This document shows positions 1 to 7,239 of a stretch of DNA of 64,000 nucleotides, piece by piece. This DNA comes from Candidatus Doudnabacteria bacterium. GTDB taxonomy: Bacteria; Patescibacteriota; Doudnabacteria; UBA920; O2-02-FULL-48-8. Every line of letters begins with the position of its first letter. Positions within the stretch are counted from its first letter, which is position 1. The translations under genes were made by a program, and so were the position numbers. The notes under the pieces were generated by a model. That model had not been told where the DNA came from. It was given only the letters and a program-made list of their open reading frames with translations, and did not search any database. Location of the stretch: the NCBI GenBank assembly GCA_019659055.1, contig JAIFWV010000002.1:26047-90046 (forward strand), in the 5' to 3' direction.

Positions 1-446
1 GCAATAAGTTCTACGTTGTGGATGTTGGATCCAACTGGAATATTTTTGAGCATCATGCGGTTACCCGGCTTGATGTCGGCGCGTTCGGAGGTCATGAGGA
101 TTTCGCCCACTTTGATCCCGTCGGGTGCCAAAATATATCGCTTCTCCCCGTCTTTGTAGGCCAAAAGCGAGATGAAGGCTGATCGTCCTGGATCGTATTC
201 CATAGTTTGGACCTTGGCTGGGATGTTCATCTTGTCGCGCTTGAAATCTACAGAACGAGATTTGAGTCTGTGTCCGCCGCCGCGATGCCGGACTGTGATT
301 TTGCCTTGATTGTTGCGGCCGGCAGTGGTCTTATAAGACTTCAACAAACCGCGAGGGGTAGCCACGCGCTTGGAAAGAACCGAGTAATCGGTGACGGAGT
401 GGATTCTTCGTCCAGGTGAGGTTGGTTTGTAAATCTTGATAGCCAT
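1..446 (-). CDS. rplB: 50S ribosomal protein L2, N-terminal part (gene continues beyond window start)
   Basis: minus-strand translation from ATG(446) reads MAIKIYKPTSPGRR... and later MEYDPGRSAFISLLAYKDGEKRYIL, typical L2; no stop before coordinate 1; follows rplW as in S10 operon. Confidence 0.9.
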   Translation of the reverse strand, partial: MAIKIYKPTSPGRRIHSVTDYSVLSKRVATPRGLLKSYKTTAGRNNQGKITVRHRGGGHRLKSRSVDFKRDKMNIPAKVQTMEYDPGRSAFISLLAYKDGEKRYILAPDGIKVGEILMTSERADIKPGNRMMLKNIPVGSNIHNVELI

Positions 447-448
447 AA

Positions 449-895
449 TTAGATTCCTTCGGCCAGGCCGCTGATCTTCTCGCCGGCCTTAAGGGTAACA
501 TAAGCCTTCTTCCAGTTGCTGGTCTTGCCTGCGATTTTACCTGATCTGCGGGTCTTGCCTTTGATATTCATAATATTTACATCGGCAACATGCACGTCGT
601 AGACTTTTTCGATCGCCTTCTTGACTTCCAACTTATTGGTTGATTTCGAAACGCGGAAGACATAGCGTCCTGAGGCGGACAGTAAATTAGATTTTTCTGA
701 CAAATGATAGTTACGCAAAATGTCGTGGGCGCGGCCGGTGTCCTCTTTCAAAACAACCTGTTTCTTCTCAGAGGCTTCGACTGCAGGCTCTTGGACCATA
801 TCTAAGACATTCTCATCTTTCTGAGTCTTCTTTGAGGCCTTAGGCTTCTTGGCCTCGTCCTCTTTTTTGCCTTTGATGCGGTCTAAAATACTCAT
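449..895 (-). CDS. rplW: 50S ribosomal protein L23 with Lys-rich N-terminal extension
   Basis: C-terminal ~95 aa (YHLSEKS..YVFRVSKSTNKLEVKKAIEKVYDVHV..) match L23; ORF track starts at 943 but the first 48 nt overlap a repeated non-coding intercistronic element, so start at MSILDRI (895) preferred. Confidence 0.8.
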   Translation of the reverse strand: MSILDRIKGKKEDEAKKPKASKKTQKDENVLDMVQEPAVEASEKKQVVLKEDTGRAHDILRNYHLSEKSNLLSASGRYVFRVSKSTNKLEVKKAIEKVYDVHVADVNIMNIKGKTRRSGKIAGKTSNWKKAYVTLKAGEKISGLAEGI

Positions 896-953
896 AAATT
901 CGTGTATCTTGAATCGTGTAGCGTGAGGCGTTTCATGCTTCACGCTTCATGTT
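896..953 (-). repeat. conserved ~60-nt intercistronic element (rplD|rplW)
   Basis: minus strand TAAAACATGAAGCGTGAAGCATGAAACGCCTCACGCTACACGATTCAAGATACACGA.. aligns nearly position-for-position with 9899-9961. Confidence 0.6.
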
Positions 954-1595
954 TTAAGTCTTTAAGTAAGTCTTTTCAATTATATCTAAAGCGTCTTTCA
1001 TGATTATCGAATCGTATTTGAGCAAGTCCAAAATGTTGAGCTGGTTGGCCAAGATCACCTTGGCGTTGGACAGATTGCGTCCGGCGCGTTCGACTTCCCT
1101 GTTTGCAGTCGGGATAACCAATAAAAATTTCTTGCCCAATCCGGCGCGGTCGGCAACTCTGGTGAGCATACCGGACAATTCCTTGGATTTAGCGACGTTT
1201 TCCAATTTATCAACTATGACCAATTTCTTGTCTCGGATTTTATCGGACAAAACGGTAAACAATGCTTTGCGAAAAGCCGAGCGGTTCATCTTGAGCGACC
1301 AATCAACTTCGTTGCGCGGACCAAATGTGATGCCGCCATGGCGCCACAATGGTGAGCGGAAGGAGCCGGCGCGAGCGCGGCCCGTGCCTTTTTGCTTCCA
1401 TGGCTTCTTACCAGTACCTGCGACTTCGCCGCGGGTCTTGGTATGAGCAATAGAACGACGGGCATTGTTTCTCTGGGTGCGCACAGCGGCCCAAACCAGA
1501 TTTGCATCCAATTCTTCCAAACCAAAAATCTTTGGATTCAAATCCAGATCGGAAACTTTTTCGCCAGATTGATTATAAACTGCGGCTTTGTTCAT
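954..1595 (-). CDS. rplD: 50S ribosomal protein L4
   Basis: 213-aa translation with L4 motifs (GTGRARAGS.RSPLWRHGG, KFLLVIP); start ATG overlaps upstream stop (ATGA). Confidence 0.9.
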   Translation of the reverse strand: MNKAAVYNQSGEKVSDLDLNPKIFGLEELDANLVWAAVRTQRNNARRSIAHTKTRGEVAGTGKKPWKQKGTGRARAGSFRSPLWRHGGITFGPRNEVDWSLKMNRSAFRKALFTVLSDKIRDKKLVIVDKLENVAKSKELSGMLTRVADRAGLGKKFLLVIPTANREVERAGRNLSNAKVILANQLNILDLLKYDSIIMKDALDIIEKTYLKT

Positions 1596-2272
1596 AATTT
1601 CTCAAACTGCTTCATTAATTCCGGGTAGTCGGTAAAGATTCCATCGACTCCCAGTTTCCTCATTCGTTCGTACTCGTGCCTATCGTTGACTGTCCAAACC
1701 AAAACTTTTTTTGCCAAAAGTCTCAGGATGAGCATCGTGGCGTAAGAGACATATGTGCTCTGCGGATTTACAGAATAGAGTTTGTCTTTACGAGTCAGAA
1801 AACTAATTATAGTTCGGAGGCTCCATTCGCCTTTGGCGAATATGAGACCCAATTGGACGTTTCCGTCCAAAGTTCTGAACTTCTTCAATACTCCCGGATA
1901 AAACGAGGAGATCAGAACCTTGTGCGGAAAACTTTTTAATTTGGCAAAGACTTGTTCTTCGATGCCATGAACCTTGATCTCGATATTGAGATCGGTATGG
2001 ATCACTGCCAAAACTTCGTCGAGAGTCGGGATTTCGCGGCCGTGTTCGGCGCTGACCCGTTTGATTTCGGACAATACCGTGTCGCGAATCAATCGCGGAT
2101 CACCGAACAATCTCAGCATATCGTGATCGTGGACAACCACGAGTTCGCCGTCTGCCGACTTGCGAACATCGAGTTCCAACATATCGGCACCCATGCTCTC
2201 TGCTTTTTGAAAAGAACGGATTGTGTTCTCCGGTTCGGTACCCGAAGCGCCCCTGTGCGCTATAATCTGCAT
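1592..2272 (-). CDS. glycerophosphodiester phosphodiesterase (GDPD/UgpQ family)
   Basis: 226 aa; N-terminal IAHRGASG..PENT and ELDV..DGELVVVHD motifs typical of GDPD; lies between rplC and rplD with TAAATG and ATGA junctions. Confidence 0.8.
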   Translation of the reverse strand: MQIIAHRGASGTEPENTIRSFQKAESMGADMLELDVRKSADGELVVVHDHDMLRLFGDPRLIRDTVLSEIKRVSAEHGREIPTLDEVLAVIHTDLNIEIKVHGIEEQVFAKLKSFPHKVLISSFYPGVLKKFRTLDGNVQLGLIFAKGEWSLRTIISFLTRKDKLYSVNPQSTYVSYATMLILRLLAKKVLVWTVNDRHEYERMRKLGVDGIFTDYPELMKQFEKL

Positions 2273-2893
2273 TTACTTGATGACTAACTGGACCTTAACT
2301 ATGCCGCCGGGAGCTCCCGGGACTGCCCCTTTGACCGCAATCAGATTCCGCTTGGCGTCGATTTCGATGACTTCCAAGTTTTTCACAGTGCGGACGCCGG
2401 CCATGTGCCCGGCCATGCGCAAACCCTTGCGCACGTGCTGAGGAAACCGGCCGCCGATAGCCCCCACTGCTCGCGGGTGGTCATGGCCATGGGTTGCTGG
2501 TGCGCCGTGGAAACCATGCCGCTTGATAGGTCCGGCAAATCCCCGGCCCTTCATCTCGCCCGTGACTTTGACCATGTCGCCGACTGCAAACATATCGACT
2601 TTGATCTCTTGGCCGCGGCTAAATTTGGAAGCGTCTTCAACTCGGAATTCTATAAGTTTGGCGAAATTGCCCAATTCTTTGGTATGGCCGGCCAGAGATT
2701 TGGTGGCTTTCTTCCGGCGCCCAAAACCGACTTGCACTGCCTGATATTTATCTTTATCCGTAGTCCGGACTTGAGTAATCTTGTTCGGAGCAGCCTTGAG
2801 AATTGTAACAGGAATAACCTTACCATCCTTGGTAAAGATTTGGGACATATGCAATTTTTCAGCGATGATAAACTTGGACATAAGGGTAACCAT
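2273..2893 (-). CDS. rplC: 50S ribosomal protein L3
   Basis: 206 aa; HMSQIFTKDGKVIPVTIL matches L3 N-terminus (GMTQIF...), C-terminal KGKGFAG..HG motif; alternative ATG at 2881. Confidence 0.9.
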   Translation of the reverse strand: MVTLMSKFIIAEKLHMSQIFTKDGKVIPVTILKAAPNKITQVRTTDKDKYQAVQVGFGRRKKATKSLAGHTKELGNFAKLIEFRVEDASKFSRGQEIKVDMFAVGDMVKVTGEMKGRGFAGPIKRHGFHGAPATHGHDHPRAVGAIGGRFPQHVRKGLRMAGHMAGVRTVKNLEVIEIDAKRNLIAVKGAVPGAPGGIVKVQLVIK

Positions 2894-3018
2894 CGCGAGC
2901 GACGTGTTACTAAGAATTTATCTTAGCCGTCGCGTGGCGATCTTTTTTAATAGTTTGCTTCGTCGGTCACAATGCTAACGCTGTGTTTGACCTCCTCGCA
3001 ATGGGCATATTTAAGCTT

Positions 3019-3066
3019 TAAAAAAACCGTTCATGATCCCGAATTATTCAGAAGCCTGAACGGTTC
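3019..3066 (-). terminator. terminator-like hairpin between rpsJ and rplC
   Basis: minus strand: AACCGTTCA...TGAACGGTT 9-bp stem followed by TTTTTTTAAAGC, 50 nt after rpsJ stop. Confidence 0.5.
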
Positions 3067-3118
3067 TTCTAGATTGGCGATTTCCGGGAGGATCTATCCA
3101 ACCTGTATTAAATTGTGG

Positions 3119-3442
3119 TTACATCTTAATTTCAATATCAACCCCAGCAGGGAGATTGAGATTGCTCAGCGCGTCTATGGTTTTGGGTGTTGGGGAGGCA
3201 ATGTCGATTAATCGCTTATGGATGCGCATCTCGAATTGTTCTCGGGCATTTTTGTGCACGAAAGTCGAACGATTGACGGTATATTTGGACTTTTCGGTAG
3301 GCAAAGGGACTGGGCCGATAACCTCAGCACCAGTTCGTTTGGCCGTCTCCACAATCGAGCGGGCAGATTGATCAATAAGCTTATGGTCATAAGCTCTGAT
3401 TTTGATGCGGATTCTAGCTGAATCTATCTTTTCGGCAGGCAT
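3119..3442 (-). CDS. rpsJ: 30S ribosomal protein S10
   Basis: 107 aa; [39 protein letters not shown] is canonical S10. Confidence 0.92.
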   Translation of the reverse strand: MPAEKIDSARIRIKIRAYDHKLIDQSARSIVETAKRTGAEVIGPVPLPTEKSKYTVNRSTFVHKNAREQFEMRIHKRLIDIASPTPKTIDALSNLNLPAGVDIEIKM

Positions 3443-3498
3443 TGAGATTTTAAAGGATAAGTTATAACGGATGTTTCCCGACTTGGGGCAACTGGTTT

Positions 3499-3527
3499 AA
3501 AATACACTATTTTTGGCAGTTTGTCAA
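3499..3527 (-). promoter_or_regulatory. sigma70-type promoter for rpsJ (TTGACA-17-TATTTT)
   Basis: minus strand reads TTGACAAACTGCCAAAAATAGTGTATTTT about 55 nt upstream of rpsJ ATG. Confidence 0.6.
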
Positions 3528-3558
3528 CTCCGGGGTTTGGGCGGCAAAGACCCAAAGG

Positions 3559-3586
3559 ACTACCCCGAGACCGGGGTAGTCCTAAG
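3559..3586 (-). terminator. rho-independent terminator downstream of tuf
   Basis: minus strand: GGACTACCCCG-GTC-TCGGGGTAGTCC hairpin followed by TTTGGGTCTTT. Confidence 0.7.
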
Positions 3587-3590
3587 TGGC

Positions 3591-4790
3591 TTATTTGGTG
3601 ATTTTGAGTACTACACCGGCACCGACTGTGTGTCCGCCTTCGCGGATAGCAAAGCGCTGTTTTTCTTCCAATGCAACCGGGGAAATCAGCTTAACTTTGA
3701 TAGAAACTGTATCGCCTGGCATGACCATTTCCTGGCCGGCTGGCAATTCAACTTCGCCTGTAACGTCTGTGGTTCGGATGTAGAATTGAGGCTTGTAGCC
3801 CTTGAAGAACGGAGTGTGTCGTCCGCCTTCTTCCTTGTTGAGGACATAGACTTCAGCGTCAAATTCGGTATGAGGAGTAACTGAGCCTGGCTTGCAGAGT
3901 ACTTGTCCGCGCTCGACTTCGTCCTTCTTGGTTCCTCGCAAAAGCACACCCGCATTGTCGCCTGCTCGGCCTTCGTCGAGTTGCTTGTTGAACATTTCGA
4001 TACCAGTGACTACGGTCTTGGCGGTTGGGCGCAAACCCATGATTTCGACTTCATCGGAAACTTTGACAATACCGCGCTCGATACGGCCAGTAACAACTGT
4101 GCCGCGGCCTTCTATGGAGAAGATGTCTTCGATAGCCATAAGGAATGGCTTGTCGATGTCGCGCACTGGTTCTGGGATTTGAGCATCCAAAGTTTCGAGA
4201 AGTTTAACAATGGAATCAACACCGGCCTGGTCGCCCTGAATCGCTTTGAGAGCGCTTCCGCGGACGATGGCAGTAGTTTTGCCGTCGAAACCGTATTTGG
4301 TGAGCAGGTCGCGGACTTCTTCTTCGACGAGGTCGAGAAGTTCCTGGTCTTCCACCATATCTACCTTGTTGAGGAAGACGACGATTGCTGGCACGCCAAC
4401 TTGCTTAGCCAAGAGGATGTGTTCGCGGGTCTGAGGCATTGGGCCGTCGACTGCGTTCACAACCAAAATTGCACCGTCCATCTGGGCGGCACCGGTGATC
4501 ATGTTTTTGACATAATCAGCGTGGCCCGGACAGTCGACGTGTGCGTAGTGTCTGTTTGGGGTTTCGTATTCGACGTGTGAGGTCGAGATGGTCAAGATCT
4601 TAGTTGGATCTCGGCGACCTTGTGATTCTGACGCCTTGGCGACTTCATCGTAAGGGACGAACTTTTTGGTCCAGCCCTTATCGAAGGAGACTTTGGTCAA
4701 AGCGGCAGTGAGAGTGGTTTTGCCGTGGTCGACGTGGCCGATTGTACCCACGTTGACGTGCGGCTTGGAACGTTCAAATTTGTCTGCCAT
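3591..4790 (-). CDS. tuf: elongation factor Tu
   Basis: [22 protein letters not shown] GTPase motifs; start taken at [15 protein letters not shown] (4790) rather than track 4808. Confidence 0.95.
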   Translation of the reverse strand: MADKFERSKPHVNVGTIGHVDHGKTTLTAALTKVSFDKGWTKKFVPYDEVAKASESQGRRDPTKILTISTSHVEYETPNRHYAHVDCPGHADYVKNMITGAAQMDGAILVVNAVDGPMPQTREHILLAKQVGVPAIVVFLNKVDMVEDQELLDLVEEEVRDLLTKYGFDGKTTAIVRGSALKAIQGDQAGVDSIVKLLETLDAQIPEPVRDIDKPFLMAIEDIFSIEGRGTVVTGRIERGIVKVSDEVEIMGLRPTAKTVVTGIEMFNKQLDEGRAGDNAGVLLRGTKKDEVERGQVLCKPGSVTPHTEFDAEVYVLNKEEGGRHTPFFKGYKPQFYIRTTDVTGEVELPAGQEMVMPGDTVSIKVKLISPVALEEKQRFAIREGGHTVGAGVVLKITK

Positions 4791-5050
4791 TTGTATAGCC
4801 TTTCGCAATTTTTAAGTGGTATCCAGTCAGTCCCGAGCCTTAACCGAAAGCCCTATCGACCAGGCTTTTAGCCAAGTTCAGGATGACGCCAATCTTAAAA
4901 AACGCTTAAAATTAATTTTAATGCCATAAGATTATAAAGGATTTGTGAGGCTTTGTAAAGGGTCAGAAGCCTTGTGGATAAGTGGCCAAAAACCAGCCAT
5001 TTCAACGGCTCACACCCCGTGTGAGCCGTTGAACCAAACTGCACCTATCA

Positions 5051-5079
5051 TTGACTTAGCAAAGAAATTCTGCTAAAAT
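5051..5079 (+). promoter_or_regulatory. sigma70-type promoter (TTGACT-17-TAAAAT) for gmk-like transcript
   Basis: TTGACTtagcaaagaaattctgcTAAAAT; about 250 nt upstream of the gmk ATG. Confidence 0.55.
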
Positions 5080-5085
5080 GTCTTC

Positions 5086-5328
5086 GATTCCTGATCCGCT
5101 CTCACGGACCGAGGAAGGGGGCTTTCTAACTACCGGGTGAAGCTACGAGACAGGGGGTATCGTAGCCGGATCTGGTTTTGGCACCAATGGTTGGTGTAGT
5201 TGGAAGTCTATAACCCCCTTCATTCTTTTCATGAGAATAAGGGTGTGAATCAGCCGTCTACTTCGATTAGTGACGGTCTTTTTTATGCCAATTTTGGTCC
5301 TCCCGACACTCGGACTACAGGTGCTTAA
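5086..5328 (+). ncRNA. long structured 5' leader ending in terminator-like hairpin (candidate riboswitch/attenuator, class unidentified)
   Basis: nested complementary segments (GGGGGTAT../..ATAACCCCC, ACCAATGG/TTGGT) and CCGTC..GACGG hairpin followed by TCTTTTTTAT at 5254-5290, between promoter and ATG 5329. Confidence 0.3.
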
Positions 5329-5912
5329 ATGCAATTTTTTTGCTATAAATACCTTACGGCAAAAACAAAACATTTGGTCTTTGGATTCGTGGGAGACTCC
5401 GGGTCTGGCAAATCCACTCTCATGATCGAACTTCTCAATTTCTTCCCGCATCTTGAGATAATCAAATCCACTTCCACCAGAGCGCGGCGCGACGACACTG
5501 ACGATTTGTTCTACAAGCTGGTCGGTATGGATTATATGGACAATCCCGAAAACCAGAAGAATTTCCTCAATCACGAAATCTATGCGGGCAATCATTACGT
5601 CTACGAGCGCTCTATCCTCGACCAGGTTCTGCGCTCACATTGCGGCATGTTTGCCATCATCGAATCCGCTGTGCCAAAAATCCAGAAAGCAGGATACGAT
5701 GTACGACTCATCAAAGTCGTCCCAATTGTGACTGGGATTTGGATCGGACTCGAGAGCGCCAGAGCGAAGACCAGCTTCGCGCCACGCAAGGCGGATTGGT
5801 TTTTGATCTCGTTATCGAAAACTCATTTCGGCCCGGCGGATTGGAACAATCAGTCGAGACTGCCGCAAAATTCATTCAGGACCAAATCCACGGGCACCAC
5901 CCCGGGAATTGA
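5329..5912 (+). pseudogene. gmk: guanylate kinase (gmk-like) with apparent +1/-1 frameshift near nt 5725-5745
   Basis: frame 1 gives P-loop GDSGSGKST and STSTRARR (TTRxPR motif); alignment to Gmk continues in another frame (track ORF 5640..5912: LDRTRERQSEDQLRATQGG..FDLVIEN..); frame-1 tail after the shift is low-complexity. Confidence 0.6.
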
Positions 5913-5960
5913 CAGAACCCCCCAGAACAGGTATAAATAGGAATCATTAACGGAGGATTC

Positions 5961-6227
5961 ATGAGTATCTTGGATCGACTCTTTGATTTTTTCCATCGTA
6001 CCGAGGACACCCGGGCCACTCCTGTCTTGGAATACGTGGCTCCTCCCCGCGAAGTCACCAAGTACCATCTGCACGACCACGAGTTCGAGGGTCTGGTCGA
6101 TCACTACTTGGCAGACGAGTACTACATCGACGTGGAGCGGGCGAAGCTCCACCTCAAAGACTGCAAGGAATGCACCGACGTTTTCTGCGGTTTCTGGAAT
6201 CGCATGAGACGGCAGAAGGTCGCCTAA
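5961..6227 (+). CDS. hypothetical small His/Cys-containing protein (88 aa)
   Basis: SD GGAGGA 7 nt before ATG; His-rich HLHDHEFEGLVDH and C-terminal CKECTDVFC; stop overlaps next start (TAATG). Confidence 0.55.
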   Translation: MSILDRLFDFFHRTEDTRATPVLEYVAPPREVTKYHLHDHEFEGLVDHYLADEYYIDVERAKLHLKDCKECTDVFCGFWNRMRRQKVA

Positions 6228-6502
6228 TGTCTCGCTACAGAGGACTAGGACGAGCTCGAACCCGGGCCAACCGGGGCGCGCGCGAGAGCGCAGACATACG
6301 GTTACTAGAGGAAGAATACCTGAGACTCCATCCCGAGATCCGGGGGTTCGAGGACAGAATCTGCTTAATAGCCCCGAACTGCCCTGATTTTGATCGCAGA
6401 CTCCCGTTCAGAATTCCGTACTGCGATCCCCATGTGCGTGAGTGCGAAAAATGCCAGGAAAAAATGGCAGCATCCGGATTCCCATATCCAAAGGAGCGTT
6501 AA
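6227..6502 (+). CDS. hypothetical Cys-rich small protein (91 aa, zinc-ribbon-like)
   Basis: ATG overlaps upstream stop (TAATG); Cys pattern C..NC...C..HVREC..EKC; basic Arg-rich N-terminus. Confidence 0.5.
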   Translation: MSRYRGLGRARTRANRGARESADIRLLEEEYLRLHPEIRGFEDRICLIAPNCPDFDRRLPFRIPYCDPHVRECEKCQEKMAASGFPYPKER

Positions 6503-6741
6503 TGCCAGTCACAAAACTTGCTTCGGCGGTAAACGCGATCACCATCCCAGCCGATGACCTGGTTCAGACGGTCAGTGAGCACGAGAGACTGGGCGAGCGC
6601 ATAATCGCTACAGTCCCAGGAGGACTTCAACTCAAAAGGACCGGAAGCGGGCGCAATAGCGTGATCGAAGTCATCCCGACTTCTTTCACCCTCATTCTCG
6701 GGCAAGAGAGACACCGCGACTACCGAAACGGTGAATCCTAA
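6502..6741 (+). CDS. hypothetical protein (80 aa)
   Basis: perfect AAGGAG 6 nt upstream, TAATG coupling to previous ORF; followed by terminator. Confidence 0.5.
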   Translation: MPVTKLASAVNAITIPADDLVQTVSEHERLGERIIATVPGGLQLKRTGSGRNSVIEVIPTSFTLILGQERHRDYRNGES

Positions 6742-6751
6742 TCGCTATCGC

Positions 6752-6786
6752 GGCGTGGACGTACATACGTCCCGCCGCTTTTTTTA
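6752..6786 (+). terminator. rho-independent terminator
   Basis: GGCGTGGACGT-ACAT-ACGTCCCGCC hairpin then TTTTTTTAT. Confidence 0.65.
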
Positions 6787-6854
6787 TTAATTGCTTGCGC
6801 TCGCTAGCATTATTTTTATTTGTTAAAATATTTTCAAACCCTACGGAGGCCCTA

Positions 6855-7076
6855 ATGGATTTTCAGGAGAAATCCGTCAGCTTTCATCAGTTCACTGCAG
6901 ACGTGGACAAGCTGAGAATTTTGATGATGTGCTATCGGACTTGCGAACAACCCAAAAACACCAACCCTGACACTGACGAGGTCGTAAACGCTTACAATCA
7001 TATGTTTGGGCATGGCGGACGATGCCAAGAATGCTTCCCCTATGCCGTCAAGCTACTCAGTCTCCTGGAAAATTAA
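6855..7076 (+). CDS. hypothetical zinc-ribbon-like small protein (73 aa)
   Basis: SD GGAGG 5 nt before ATG; CYRTC ... CQEC Cys pairs. Confidence 0.5.
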   Translation: MDFQEKSVSFHQFTADVDKLRILMMCYRTCEQPKNTNPDTDEVVNAYNHMFGHGGRCQECFPYAVKLLSLLEN

Positions 7077-7077
7077 A

Positions 7078-7112
7078 AACGGCGCGCCTCCTTTTTTGAA
7101 GGCCGCCGTTTT
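7078..7112. terminator. bidirectional terminator (small ORF on plus strand; fusA on minus strand)
   Basis: AACGGCGCGCC-loop-GGCCGCCGTT hairpin flanked by A-run upstream and TTTCGTTTTCC downstream. Confidence 0.6.
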
Positions 7113-7239
7113 CGTTTTCCAATTATTTATTTAGCGAGGCATTTGTAAAAGCAACCCGCGGAGGACGACGGTCCGAGCGCGTAGGCCGAAATTTTAGCAA
7201 AAATTTACGGCCGGTGCTTTTACAAATATGCCGAGCGCC

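Noticed and set aside
449-943. N-terminal Lys/His-rich 16-aa extension of L23 (and 15-aa extension of S7 at 9899-9943) as called by the ORF track
   Set aside because: The extra codons coincide with a ~60-nt element repeated at both r-protein junctions, and translate to implausible peptides (MKHETPHATRFKIHEF / MKRFTIHVSRITTKY). Canonical N-termini (MSILDRI.. / MPRKARSY..) start just downstream.
4960-5040. Perfect hairpin AACGGCTCACAC-CCC-GTGTGAGCCGTT as a terminator
   Set aside because: It is not followed by a T-run on either strand, and it lies upstream of the gmk promoter. It is more likely a structural or insulating hairpin, and was not listed as a terminator.
5130-5230. Possible tRNA(s) upstream of tuf (as in many bacteria)
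   Set aside because: No acceptor/T-arm pairing or TTCRANY T-loop could be built on either strand. The region instead folds as part of the long leader of the plus-strand gmk transcript.
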